Positions 51,099 through 64,000 of a stretch of 64,000 nucleotides of DNA are shown here, in pieces. The notes beneath the pieces are model-generated. The model did no database searches and was not told the DNA's origin. It saw only the letters and a program-made list of their open reading frames with translations. Both the position numbers and the translations under genes were made by a program. The DNA lies in NCBI GenBank assembly GCA_001938485.1, contig MQRK01168236.1, positions 1-64,000 of the forward strand. Direction: 5' to 3'. The DNA is from Girardia tigrina (Eukaryota). The number at the start of each line of letters is the position of its first letter. Within the stretch, counting starts at the first letter, position 1.

Positions 51099-52727
51099 TG
51101 GCGACACACGACCACGTGATTCCGAACATCAGAAGTACGGAGATTTTTTATTGATCAGAAACAAAAGTTGAGACATTCATAACGAGCTTTAACAGGTATA
51201 CGAAGATAATGGGATTTTCAGAGGAGAGGAAAATCTTATTAGCAACACTATATATGACTCCGGATGTCATAATAAATATGAAGCAGCGGCAGGTGAAACA
51301 TGTGAAGAGAAACTAAGATCCGCATTTTCAAAGGAAAAATCTATCCTGGATCTAATGAAGGAACTGGTATAAATGAGAATTGGATCCAGCGATCCAACAG
51401 TAATATTTAGAAAGGCTGACGAAATTATTGAAAAGTTAATTGAGAAAAAGTTGGGTAAAAAGGAACAATTAAATTTGGTCTACGCTAATCTGATAGATAA
51501 CGAGAACGTACAGAAAAAAATAGCTGTTAGAGGTGTAAAGAAATCTGAAGAGATTGAAGACATTCAAACGAGAATATTCGAATATGATAAAAAGAAAAGA
51601 AATGCTCCTGTAGCGGCATATAACACAAAAAGAGAAAATGAATAGAGAACAGTGGAAAATAAAAAAAAGAACACCAAGACCACAGAACGAGAAACTCGAA
51701 GAACAAGAAACAAGAAGAAATTTTAAAGTTCAAAAAACTACCTGTTGGGAATGCCAAGAAGAAGGGCATGTTAGAAGAGAGTGCCCAAACGTGAAGTGTA
51801 GTCATTGTAATGGAAAAGGGTATTTAAGAAAACAGTGTTATGAAAACCCTAATAGGTTTAGGGAGCGTGATCAATGGAAAAGGGATAATGGAAATAATCG
51901 ATGGAACAACAGACAAAATTAGTCGAATCAACGGTATAGAGAACGGCCAACATACACGAATAGGAAATACCCAGTAGCAGAAGTGGACGAACTAGATGAT
52001 GAATTGTACATAAGAGAAGACTCTAGAAAAGGAGAGTATTCTGAAGGAACGTATAGAAGAGAAGATGGCAAAAGACTGGAATAACCCGTGGGTAACAGAA
52101 AATTCAGAAATGATCAGGGAAACGAGGACGCACGATCACAGGCAGAAGTGATCAGTGTGCTACAATAGGAACTCAATGTTGGTGTATGATTGATTGTATG
52201 TATGAATGTGTCTGTGATTGTATGTTTGATGATGTGTTTGAAAATATTCCTCTGGAGATGTGTAGATTAGATAATGAACCTGAAGAAGACGATGATATAT
52301 GTGCTAATATGGATATAGAAAATGAGAAAAAATAAAAAAAAGGAATGCTGAAGATGTATTGATATTACCGAAGTTTAACATAAATTATAAAGAATTGAAA
52401 GGTAGACCAAGTATAGAGTTCCAAATAAAGAATAAAAATGTCAAATGCCTGTTAGATACAGGAGCTCGAGTCAACGTTATTAAAGCAGAGATAATTAAAG
52501 ATATGAAAGATGTCAAGATCAAAGAAACTAAAAGACGAATACATTGTGCGAATGATTCAGAACTAATAAACTATGGGATTGTTCAACTTAAAGTGATAAT
52601 TGAAAGAATGCAGAAAACAGTGGATTTCTTTGTGGTCAAAGACTTAGATCCAGAAATGATTGCAGGAATAGATTTCTTGGACAAATTCAGGATTAAGTTA
52701 AAGAGAGAACCATCAAATATTATTTAA
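51002..52727 (+). pseudogene. Gypsy gag (two zinc knuckles) and aspartic protease, truncated and frameshifted
   Basis: EIFY*SETKVETFITSFNRY gag N-terminus, knuckles CWECQEEGHVRREC and CSHCNGKGYLRKQC, protease CLLDTGARVN...IAGIDFL. Ends at about 52727. Confidence 0.9.
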
Positions 52728-55349
52728 ACAAATACACATCCATATTTTTCATGTTAAATATTTCATTTATTAAATATTTTCATTTAATGTTTTTCAAAAT
52801 ATTGTAAAATATTAAACATGTAACACTATATAAATAATTCTTTAGAAATTATAAGTAAAATTTTAAATCAATTATTATACGAATAAATAATTATGCGAAT
52901 AACTTATAGACAAGTTCAAATTAATGGAAAAGCAAATTAAGTATGTTAAACAAGATGCATATTTGTGATTGATAAAACCATCATTCAAATCGAATTTATA
53001 ATATTGAAACAAAATTTATTAATAATACAAGATTATGCATTCATAAATAAATATATGAACCATTTTCACAATCAAAACTTCAAAAAGATGAATCATCATT
53101 TTGTATGCTATTTTAATTTTTAATGTTAAAGGTTATTTTATTTAGAAGGACATGGCAATCAAGTGATATATGAGTCATTAAATTTGAAACCAGGACAAGA
53201 TTTTTTATTTGATTTATCTTTTATTCTAAGTTCTACAAGTCGAGTACGAGTCCTAATAGCAAAGGGTCGAAATTCCCAAGTACGAAAATCAAAATTTTTA
53301 AATGTAATTCTTTGATAACAGTCATAAAATTGAATGCTACTCAATTCAGAAATCGAAACCATAATACAATCAATTTTTATATGGTAATTTATACTGTCCA
53401 AAGTAAGTATCTAAATTTGAAAATTAAAGTGTCTTAACCCTAACGTTAATTTGAGCCATGAGGGGTTAATTTAAATTTTTATCTCGCCTGAATAATTAAT
53501 ATTTTTTAATTTAAAGGGTAAAATATTTTTATGTTAATATGCTTATTCAATATTTTAAAATTAAAAATGATATAATAAAACAACTATTAAAAATCAAAAA
53601 CGTTTTTAAAAATAAAATATTTTTAATGTGATTTTAAATATTTTAAAAAAATTAAAAATGATATAATAAAAGAAAATCATAAAAAATAAAATATCCATTT
53701 AAAAATAAAAAATATCTTTTAATGTATCTATTAAATATATTAAAATTAAAAATGTCAAGAAAACAAAAATATTAAATATTTATTTATAAATAAAAATATT
53801 TTTAATAAGCAATTTNNNNNNNNNNNNNNNNNNNNNNNNNNNNNNNNNNNNNNNNNNNNNNNNNNNNNNNNNNNNNNNNNNNNNNNNNNNNNNNNNNNNN
53901 NNNNNNNNNNNNNNNNNNNNNNNNNNNNNNNNNNNNNATTTGGGTCGAGATAATTAAATTAACAGGAAAATTTGTTTTAAATATGTGAATTGTTATATAA
54001 ATAAATTTTGGTGTTAAAAAAATGAATCCTGATATTGAGGTTGCAACCACTTCTCATATGAGCATCTTAAATTTGGACATTATGAGTGATTAATGGTCTA
54101 ATTATTTTCTAACTTGACTCAATATTTAAAATTGAAAATGAAGAGATATAACCGTTTTTTAATTGATGTCTTTAATCAGGACTTTCAAAAATAACAGTCA
54201 GAAACAATTAAAATTTTGTAAACATGGAATGATTAAATAACAAATTACCTAGAAATAATAAAACTAAATTGAGAACTATATATTCAAATAACAAATATGA
54301 AAAGAAAATTCATCAAGAAATTGTTTTTTTTTAATAAACAAGTTGTTTTAGTGAATAAGAATAATTTTTGAAAGCTGGACGATTAAAACATTTCTGTAAT
54401 TGATCTACAGAAATAGAAAGATAGAAATATCTTCTAATTTTTCATATACTTAATACATCTATTTGACTTGAAAATAAATGGAAATGTTATAAAAGCTGAG
54501 ACTAATATTTCAAGTGAAAATATTCAGTATTATAATTTACTAGAGATTTTTAGTCCGGTGTGCGGGTCTTTGTTGGTTGCTACAATTTTCATTAGTTTCA
54601 ATAATTTCTCTAAATTATTTTGTTCCTATAATAAAACCCGTTATGTATGACGAGGGAACTAAATTTTCGTCTTTGAAAGTTTCTGTTTTAATTTATAAAT
54701 CGTAGTTATAATTTATTATTTCGAACTAGGTATTTAATTTTTCTATTTTTTTAAATTTATTTTTTTTAATTTAAAATTTTTATAATAAGTAAAAAGAAAC
54801 TATAAGAATAATAGTAATAATAATACAAATAATAAGCGATAATAACTCGATAGCATCAGGGTAAATGGGTTAAAATTGCAAAAAAACAGTATAAACATTT
54901 GTAGATAATTGTAAAACGATTTTTGCCAAAAAAAGTAAATTACTTTAATTATCTACTTACAGTTGTATATAAATAATATGAGCGTTATGCATAGAATCAA
55001 TCAATCATTCAATCACCTACAGAATTGGATTATTATATAAGATAATACTAGCTGAAGCATTACTAATTAAGTATTTAAAACCATATTTAGATTTGGGAAA
55101 TGATTCCTCCAATAATTTATTGTAATTTGTCTTTGCTTACTTAAAGCTTCGTGGGGTAAATAAACGTAAAGCATTTAGAATTACCAGTGTGTAATTTAAC
55201 GTAATATTGGTTTATGTATAGTTGTTTTAATAGTTGGAAGGTAAGGGCGAGGGTGGAAAAATAAATAAAATCTTTTCCGTGTTATCTACAAGTTTTCAAA
55301 AAATTAATGAAAAGAATTAAGTTCATCTGGGAGGTTTTACATTCTCAAT

Positions 55350-55870
55350 GGTTCCAGTGACTTCAGATCATCGTGCTGCAAGTTTGAAGCAACAGCAACG
55401 ATCTGCGAAATCAACAAAACGGCAGTGATGACGATAATTCTGGAAGAACGCGCCTCTGACCTTTACTCTGAGATGACAAGTTGTTCCTCCGCGATCATTT
55501 GTTTGAAAAGGCAAGCGTTGAGGTGCATTTTCTATGTGTAAACCGTCACAATTGAAATGGTATTGTAGAAACCAGCTACCGTATGATAAAAAGAATGGCC
55601 ATTCGGAACGGAAACAAACTGGCGAAATGGTCTCTTGGTACAACGTGACCCCAAATACAGATGGTGTGATCCGATCATTAACCTTGTTATGTTAAAAAAA
55701 AGTTGGTGGTGCCGAAAGTATTTGCTCAGACTCAATCAGGACAGCAGTAGACAGTGAAGAATTAAAAGCTGAGAATTGTAGACAATATGTTCTTCCAGCT
55801 CGTGTCACAATACACCTATTTGATCAAGTGGAAGAGCGTGACAAGGTGGGGAGGCCGCCATTACATTAAA
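55350..55870 (+). mobile_element. Gypsy integrase core fragment (a different family)
   Basis: NGIVETSYRMIKRMAIRNG and EMVSWYNVTPNTDG in adjacent frames. Confidence 0.7.
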
Positions 55871-58800
55871 TTGTGGTTAACGAAACACCTTATGTTCGGT
55901 TTCGTTAAATTTAGAATTTTTAAAATAAGTAAATTTTATTAAAAAAAGAAAAAAAATTTTATTGTTTTTAAGTAAAAATTAAATTGATATATATATATTT
56001 ATATGGTTATGTGTATATATATATTGAAATGAACATTAAATTACGTTTTGTTTAAAACGTTTAGTTATTAGTTATTTTGAAAATATTCGCGGTAACTCCG
56101 CTAATTTGTGAATGTAATAATAATAAAAGAGTTTTATACGAGAGATTGATTTCAATTATTATCTAAGAAAATTATTCATGCCATTCGACTATATTTTTAA
56201 TGTGGATTATTTTGTAAAGACGTTTGAAAATAATCGTGTAAAAATTATCGATCGGAGATTGTATATCAAAATTTGTGAAGACATTCCTGATAAATGGTAT
56301 AAATTTATGAGAATAATTCAAAGTTATAGAAACAGTATGGGAACGAAGTCTTGGGAAATAATCACCAACAAACACGGTGTCAAACCGACCACTGGTGTTC
56401 ACGAAAGCGACAGTGATTAGCGATTGCAGAGATACGACGTTTACGTTACTTCGGGAGTTCATGGAGAGTGTGCGTCGATCAGCGTCATGGTTGAGTTGAA
56501 TTGTATCACTCTCGATTACGAACTGAATTCGATTCTTGGGAAATTATTTCAACCAGATTATTTCATCGGTGGGTCCTCAAGTGGTTCTAATGATTGCGAA
56601 AGAAAGATCAAGTGTTCAGATATTCCCAAATCGGTCGGTGCGTTCGGACGATTAATAAATGTATGTCCTTGTATAATTATTGTGTTTACTTATATAAAAA
56701 TAAATGATAATAATAATAAAAATAATAAAATTAAAAATATTAATAAAAATAATAAAAATAGGAAATTTAGTCAAAACATAAATGATAATAAAAATGACAA
56801 TGACGTGACCGAACACTTTCCTCTTCCCTTAGTGACCCGCGGTGGGTCAAGATATAATAAAAGCTTCCACTGCGCTGCTGCCGCAACACCTTACCTCAAT
56901 GGTTTGACGATGACGGTGGAATTCCAGTTAGAAAATAGCCAGAATAGAACAATCGATACAAAGAGGATCAAACTCCTTGAATATGATGAAAGTGGGAGTA
57001 ACGAACCTGAATCTCGACTGAACCAACTGACAACTAGCGCGGTTAGATGATTTTAAGTGTGCAGGTTTCCAGACTCTAGACAATCTCCGAATTCCACCTT
57101 TCTCTGTTATTTTCTTCCTACGGTTTACCTCAAACCACAATGCAATCGTAATATTTCACTATAACCCACAGATTTTCTATTTGTGTCTCTGTGCATTGAA
57201 AGCAATCGGACTTTTAATGTCATAAAAAATGGTAAAAAAAATAAGTAAAAATTTATCGAAGCTATACTTTAGAAGATTAACGTTGTACTTGAAAATCATT
57301 GCATTATAATGCTGGATGAGTGAAATTCATTTGCATAGCAGGTAACATGACATGTAGATATATATTTATAGAAAAAACTGGTAAACAAATAAATTTCAAA
57401 TAGAATAGTAAAAATACTTAAACAATTAAACATACAACGACGTTATACAGTCGTTCATATCTGGTCTTTCGAAGATTTAATCGTGAGATTTTTTATGTTT
57501 AGTAGAATAAAATAATTTTACTTAATAAATATATTAAGTGTGATAAATTTAAAATATTTATATATACCTTTTTTCGTTTCATATTTCAATGCATCGTATT
57601 TTTTATTGTTTGCGGGTGTATAATTCTTTTCTAAATGAAAACTGGTTCTTCGATAAGAATCTTCCCAAAAAATTATTCATTGTAGTTATTAAAAGAAGTA
57701 AAGTCAGTTGTTAAAAACCATTATTTTTATTTTCAGAAAAAAAACCGCTGTTCGAAAATCAGATGTTATAGTTCAGATGTGGGTTTGATCTGACTGACTT
57801 ATTTCTAACAGTTAAAATATGTACTTGACATTTAACTCCATTAATTGTGTTGCTGAACTTCGTGACTTCTGGTGAATTTATTGAAATATTTTATTCCGTC
57901 TATCTGTGTTTCATGAAGTCATTTGTATTCCAATGTTATTTTGTTATTTTCATTAAAAAAAGAATTTATAATATTATATAAAAAATTTAATTTTTTTTAA
58001 AGAGAAAGGTTTTATTTTTGGATGAAATAATGAAAAATGTTTTTGTTTTAATATTTTAAATGCGGTAAAAAGTTATTGATTTGAAATAAAAGGTTGTAAA
58101 GTGGAAATTAAGAAATAAAGCTTTAACGCGTTAATTTATGTTTAAATGAAATAAATCGGTGTTAAATTTATGGTTATGGCTTCGATTTGTGTTCATACTG
58201 AAAATTATAATTGTTTTTGATGTTAAAATGTCATCTGAAAGTCGCCTTAATGGTGCTATCACGTTGACAAAATAAAAAATAAATTAAAGGACGGAACGTA
58301 TTGCTCTGATTTCAAAGATAGGATCTCCAATCAAGGAATGGATTGTAATAAAATTAATATTTGGTCTTCGTCAAATTATTAAACTCCATATTACGAAAGT
58401 AAAAACTTTTCTTCTAATCTTTGCCATTCTCGCAACGTCTTATTCCAACCCGGTCAGAATTTCGATGTCTTTTTGAGAACCTAACCAATGCTGTTTCACC
58501 ACAACCTCTCTTCCATGCTAACTTTGCGATCAACAGCAGAATTTTATCTAAATTACTGAAATAATTTTTTTAAATTTCAATTTTTTGAATTATGAATATT
58601 TTCTGTGATATTGATGAGGTTTTATTGGAATTATATATTGGTTATGTACCTGTAGTTTTATTGCTATTATCCTATTTATAATAAACTCTGAATAAATCAG
58701 GTGTCAAGCATAAGTAAACACTGTGTAATATAAAAAATCATCGTTAATACGGAATCTTTTTTACCCGAATGGCCATTTTCATCTGATTCAGAAGTTATGA

Positions 58801-59107
58801 AAAAAAGAGAGAAATATTGATGTACACCAAATTACAGGTAGTGACATTAATTTCTGAGTTATGGAAGTTATTTTGCAAACTACTTTAAAGAATGGATTAA
58901 AAAACATACAAAAAATTAACACAAAGATGAATAGCATACACGATAAAGTTGATGAGATTTTAATAATTATGAAGAGACTATAATTAAAAATTAGAATTTT
59001 TAGTATGATTGGAACATTAGATTATTAAAATAACAGAATGTAGAAGATCGATCTTATTGAAGATGTTACTGCAGTATTTGCAGTTAATGTTAAGAATGAA
59101 AGCTGTA

Positions 59108-61377
59108 CAGTCAGCTCCGCTTTAGTTGATAGCTTGTAGACTAATTAAAATTATCCACTAAAGCGGACTATCCCATTCACACATATGTATACATGTACAT
59201 GTACATTGTCTGCTATTAGCCAGCTTAATGCTGTTTCCACCTCCTGTGACGAGGACACTGCAGACAAAGGAGGCACATGTTTTTTTTGTTTTTGTTTTTT
59301 ATTTTTTATTTTTTTTTCTTTTTTACTTCATGCCTTTTTATCTATATTTTTGAACCCATATACACTACATGCACATGTACACATATGTACATAAACACAC
59401 ATTCATGCAATAAATTTTAATAGAACAGTTGTAGTCCACAGTGAAATGTAGGAACAAGTTTATTAATGTTTCTTGAAGTAGTCCAGAATAGAACTTTGCT
59501 TTGCAGTTTTCTGTTCGACTTTTATTCTGCATCTGATACACATCATCATAGTTGTTGCAGCCATTTGCTTCCAGAAATTTCTGAATGACATCAATGGCCT
59601 GCAGAGTCATTGGCAGGGTTGGTGGTGCGCAAACGGTTGCTGGTTCGGAGTTCATGTTCATATCATCCGGTTTGTAAATGATAGCCTCATCGAGTGTTAT
59701 GTCTGAGTTTGCATCGACAAGTTGATATCGTTGCGTTGTTTCCATCGTTCTAACAACCCTGTTGATGCTATGAAGTTCACAAAGTTCGCGCGTCGAAAAC
59801 AGTTCGCAATCGTTGTTGTTTCAATCCTATTTCATCCATGTATGACAATTTGTAGCGCATTAAGAAGAGAAAGCTTTCGTGCTATCTGAGCTGCAGTACC
59901 TTCGATTACTAAAATGAGTTGACGAAGCATGAGCAACTTGTAGTGCCTTTTGAAGTTCGCAATGATTTCCATATCGAGCGGTTGAATCAACGACGTTGTA
60001 TTTGGTGGCAGGAAGGTTAGTTTAATGTTTGTTAGCTTAATATCGGTTTTGTAAGATGCACAGTTGTTGCAGAATAACAGAATGTTTCTATTTAGGAGCT
60101 TCATCGAACGAGCAACCTTCAGTAACCACTTATACCACAGGTCAGACACCATCCAAGCATTGCGGTTGGCTTCATACATAACTGGGAAGTTCTTAACATT
60201 TTGAAACATCGTGGATTCTGACTCTTTCCGATTACAAACTGCTTTAACTTTTCTGATCCATCCATGTTCGCAGCAAGAAGAATAGTTAATTTCTCTTTGC
60301 AGATCTTAGCACCGGACACAGATGAATTCTTGAACGCTAATATTATATCTGGAAGAACTTTCCAGTATATCCCGGTCTCATCAGCATGCATTGCATGGAT
60401 GAACATCTTTCAGCAGATCTGGAAGCACATCAGTGATCCATCGTTCAGCACTACAGTTATCCGCATCCTGTTTCTTACCATGCTGTTTCATAAAGTTGGT
60501 ATCGTTGCGTTGTTTCCATCGTTCTAACAACCCTGTTGATGCTATGAAGTTCATTCTATTGATTCCAGGCTCCTTTGCAATCTGCTCTGCTTTAGATTTG
60601 AGAATTGGTTCACTTAATGGCAGCTGTCTACCTGATGCATAACTGAACCAATGCAACAAAGGCATTTTCTACGTCTGCCGCATGTCCAGCATGTTTTCGT
60701 TTCATGTTCGGATTTTTATTATTTTCCTATCAGTTAAAAGATTATCCTTGTTACTAGATATGCTAGATATTACAGCTTGTCCTACATCATATTTCTTAGC
60801 TATTGCCGTCTGTGTTTCTTTTTGCTCAATCAACTTAATAATTTCAACTTTTTGCTGCAGTGTCAACACTTTAACTTTTTTCTTATCCATAATTGAATTG
60901 TATTGAGCGAATGAATTTTGTGAAAATTATTTTTAATTTAATTTTGGCATATATTTGCAGTTAACTGCTGATTCAGTGCGGTTAACTGCTGATTCAGTGC
61001 GGTTAACTGCTGATTCAGTGCGGTTAACTGCTGATTCAGTGCAGTTAACTGCAAGCCACTGTAGTTGTTAGCAAGAGGTGAAGAGGTTAAATTCGTCACT
61101 GTTTCTCTGTGTGTATGAGAGAGTAGGATGTGTGGCTATCGTAGGCAATAAAATTTTGCCAATGTACTGACACTATTCACTAAAGCGGAGTAATTTATAA
61201 TAAGGTCAATAGCCTTGGTACTGTAGAAAATTATTCACGAATTATCCTCTTATCCGGTATTCGCTAAACCGGACATGTTTACCATTGATATCAATAACAA
61301 AAAAAGGGACCGAAGACTCTCTATTCACTATAGCGGATTATCCACTAAAGCTGTATCCGCTAAAGTGGAGCCGACTG
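59108..61377 (-). mobile_element. Near full-length Tigger/pogo transposon, transposase pseudogenised
   Basis: TIRs CAGTCAGCTCCGCTTTAG and CTAAAGTGGAGCCGACTG, with TA on the left. HTH-psq (MDKKKVKVLTLQQKVEII), CENP-B HTH (LLHWF...LPLSEPILKSKA...FIASTG), DDE domain (ADETG, NRNAWM, FLPPNTTSLIQPLD), split by frameshifts over about 60890-59480. Confidence 0.95.
60960..61052. repeat. 21-bp tandem repeat, about 4.4 copies, in the Tigger 5' UTR
   Basis: Unit GTTAACTGCTGATTCAGTGC(G/A). Confidence 0.95.
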
Positions 61378-62071
61378 AATAATGAACTTCGAAGACGAAT
61401 CAGTGGGACAGGCTCATGTGAAAACGATCAAGTGCTTCACTTCATGCATTCAGTGGATTACACAGAAACCTGAGTGCACATCCATTCAAAAATACCAATG
61501 AGAGAATTGGTTGCCTTTTGGATAAAGTTTAATTAGGTAGATAAATATTAAGGATTTGTTTAAGGGTAACTTTTGTTTATCCACTAAGCCGAAATTTTTT
61601 TTGTGTGCATAAATAATATGTTTTGATAAATATTACCTAAATGTAATAAACATACATTTATGTATTAAGTAAAAATTCGTATTTTTGGGTGCTTTACCTG
61701 AACTTTTTAATATTATATGCAGGGTGACCAAAAGTCAAAATTGAAATGTAAAGTTATTTTTAAAAATTATACACAAATCTGTTATTTTTTAAAGCACAAC
61801 CATATTGTGAAGGAAGTTATTAGGTCAAAATAAGGTCTAAATTTGACGTTCGGTCAAAATATTGAAAAATGCGTATTGTTAATTATTTAGAGTAATAAAT
61901 ACAATAAAAGTTTAAAAAGCGAGACATTTTTTAATAAGTTCTATTTCATTGAAATAAAATTCTTGCTTTTTTAAATTTTTATTGTATATTTATTTATAAA
62001 CAGCGAGAAAAATCACAGGTGGTGAAGTTCTTATTACCCATGTTAGAACAGCCTTAACGCACGAGAATATA

Positions 62072-62465
62072 CAGGGTGCGGCAGCTATTTGAGAACAAAA
62101 TGACATAAAGTTCAAAAAATGAATATACAACAGAAAAATAACATTTATTACAATTTAAAATTTTACATATATTAACACGTACATTCAATGTGACTACATC
62201 ATTCAATGAAACCGCCATTAGCGGCAATAACGGCCTCTACACGTCGTCGAAACCGACTGCAGGCAGTAATTAGATGGGTCTTTGGAATGTTTGCCATTGC
62301 ATCCACTATANCAGATTTGAGAGCTGTAATGGTGTTGTGGGAATGACTATTGGAGTCCCTCTCAACTACGCCCCACACGTAAAAGTCCAAAGGATTGACA
62401 TCTGGTGAGCTAGGAGGCCAAACATTAGGTGTCACGTGGTCATGAAAATTATCGGCCATCCAAAT
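62072..62465 (-). mobile_element. maT/DD37D-type Tc1-mariner 3' end
   Basis: WPPSSPDVNPLDFYVWG...ACSRFRRRVEAVIAANGGFIE*. TIR TA|CAGGGTG. Confidence 0.85.
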
Positions 62466-62599
62466 CAGCTCATATACTATAAAAGCAGCGTACAATGATT
62501 TAAGTACTGTATCTTTTCAAGATTATCCGTTCAATATAACTGGCTACATAGCAAAACGTTTAGAAAAGAACGAAATACTTGATGTCGTCCATCATAAAC

Positions 62600-62775
62600 G
62601 ACAGTATATTTCTCCCAGCACTTATTCGTTGCTGCTTAACTGCCAACCCAACTCGGCTGATGTTGAACGCTTCTTTTCTATTCTTGGTAACATTTTGCGG
62701 AAAGATAGGAACTTCATTCCACCAAATGCTGTTCACTATTTGCGTTTAGCATATAATAAAAACAAGGAAGATTAA
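62600..62775 (+). mobile_element. hAT C-terminal dimerisation domain fragment
   Basis: SADVERFFSILGNILRKDRNF...LRLAYN. Confidence 0.75.
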
Positions 62776-63062
62776 TGACATCATCTAATACATCTTTTGT
62801 GTTTAGAAAAAATAAATCGGGTTTGGATTAAGACTTTTTTCTATCTTAAAGGTGTTAAGATAAGGTAATTTGTATCAACTCTTTTATATTTAAAAAAGAA
62901 AGACAAAAATCGTTGATAATAAAGTCCAGAAATATATTTTTTAGGTTAATTTTAAGGTCAACCTGATTATATGCAATTCTAGTTTATTCTGAAATTATAA
63001 CGAAAACTTAAATGTAAAATACAAAGTAATTAAAAATACTATAAATAATTTATTCTCATTAA

Positions 63063-63360
63063 CTAGCGCGCTCGGCCCTCTCTTTCCGGGGGTTCAATTT
63101 TTTTTATATTATAAAAGCCCAAGTAACTCACTGCCTGCCTCACTGCCTCACTAACGCTGTAAGGTAAATTTTTGAAATGATTTTATAATCAATAAAGAAA
63201 GCGTATTTTATCACTTTAATAAATAATTTCAAATGACCTTTAATTTTCGAATATACAAAAATTATTATTTCAACTAATTTGTTTCTTAAAAAATTTGTGG
63301 GTCTGATTACATAATATGAGCGTTAGTGAAGCAGTGAGTGACATGGGCTTTTATAATATA
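63063..63360. mobile_element. Small Helitron-like or foldback element with inverted arms
   Basis: 63105-63158 (TATATTATAAAAGCCCAAGTAACTCACTGCC...TCACTAACGCT) is inverted at 63319-63360. A GC-rich stretch ending CTAG|T on the minus strand at 63063 resembles a Helitron 3' end. Confidence 0.55.
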
Positions 63361-64000
63361 TTATTTTCCAAATGTTATTAAAAAATTATGATTTGTTTAA
63401 ATAATCCGAATTATAAATTAGATATTTAAAGCTTAATTTCAATATTGACAAACAAATACAAATAACATTAATATTGATACTTAAGAAAACAGATTTAATT
63501 AAAAATTTGAATTAAAATCGGACTAACATACTTCAATAATTAAATATCAAATACGTTTTCTTGTTATCCAAAAAACACTTTAGATTATAAGAAAATGAGT
63601 AATAGTAAAAATCGTGTAATTTACACAAAAAAACAACTCTCAATCGATGATAAGTTCTCATCGCATCTAAATGCAACGACAAATAGCACATAATTTTTTA
63701 TTTTTCAAATAGGTAATCAAATTATTTCAACGATTAAATTAATAATTTAAAACAAAATGACTCATTATACAACAATATCAACAACATGCATCAAATGAAA
63801 TTTCGTTCCTTAAAATAGCAACCAATTGTTTGAATATCGACAAATTTATTTTATTGATTTAAAAAATTTGATGATAAAATTGTTTTTTTCTATTTTGATT
63901 TTTGAAATTGAAAAACAAATATAATAATATTAATAAAAAATGAATCAAGAAATTAATTACCAACCGATGAATCAACAGAATCCCGATAACCAACAGATTC

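Noticed and set aside
53145-54650. Exon-like segments (AG...GTAAGT) and a hydrophobic ORF end
   Set aside because: Splice phases could not be joined into a stop-free model, and no family was recognised.
58330-58550. Minus-strand EVVVKQ...EILTGLE resembling phospholipid scramblase
   Set aside because: Only a few residues match, there are stops, and no downstream scramblase motifs.
60960-61052. Repeat array as a possible CRISPR
   Set aside because: Head-to-tail 21-mers with no spacers, eukaryotic context and no cas genes.

Overview
Eukaryotic, very AT-rich draft-assembly sequence with several N gaps. It is probably from a non-arthropod, non-nematode invertebrate: this is an inference from a degenerate interstitial (TTAGGG)n tract and an RFamide neuropeptide precursor, and the species cannot be determined. 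Most of the window is a graveyard of nested transposable elements: Ty3/Gypsy LTR retrotransposons, Penelope-like elements with hammerhead ribozymes, NeSL/Utopia-like RLE retrotransposon 3' ends, hAT, pogo/Tigger, mariner and maT elements, MITEs and microsatellites. The Gypsy content is one element with both LTRs plus TSD, several pol/gag remnants and about 9 copies of one LTR family. Only one intact host gene is recognisable, a small secreted neuropeptide precursor at 27732-27950 predicted to release GWMPHSRF-amide. An ACTR10/Arp11 pseudogene is split by a hAT insertion. The most interesting signals are: (i) the orphan-looking RFamide precursor; (ii) a roughly 30-codon ORF at the 3' end of the abundant LTR family that varies like coding sequence across copies and reads through the PBS into gag; (iii) three hammerhead copies with stem II covariation; (iv) a conserved structured 3' UTR shared by two RLE retrotransposon ends; (v) a 21-bp-periodic array of RFX X-box-like palindromes. 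All calls were made by eye, with no database searches.
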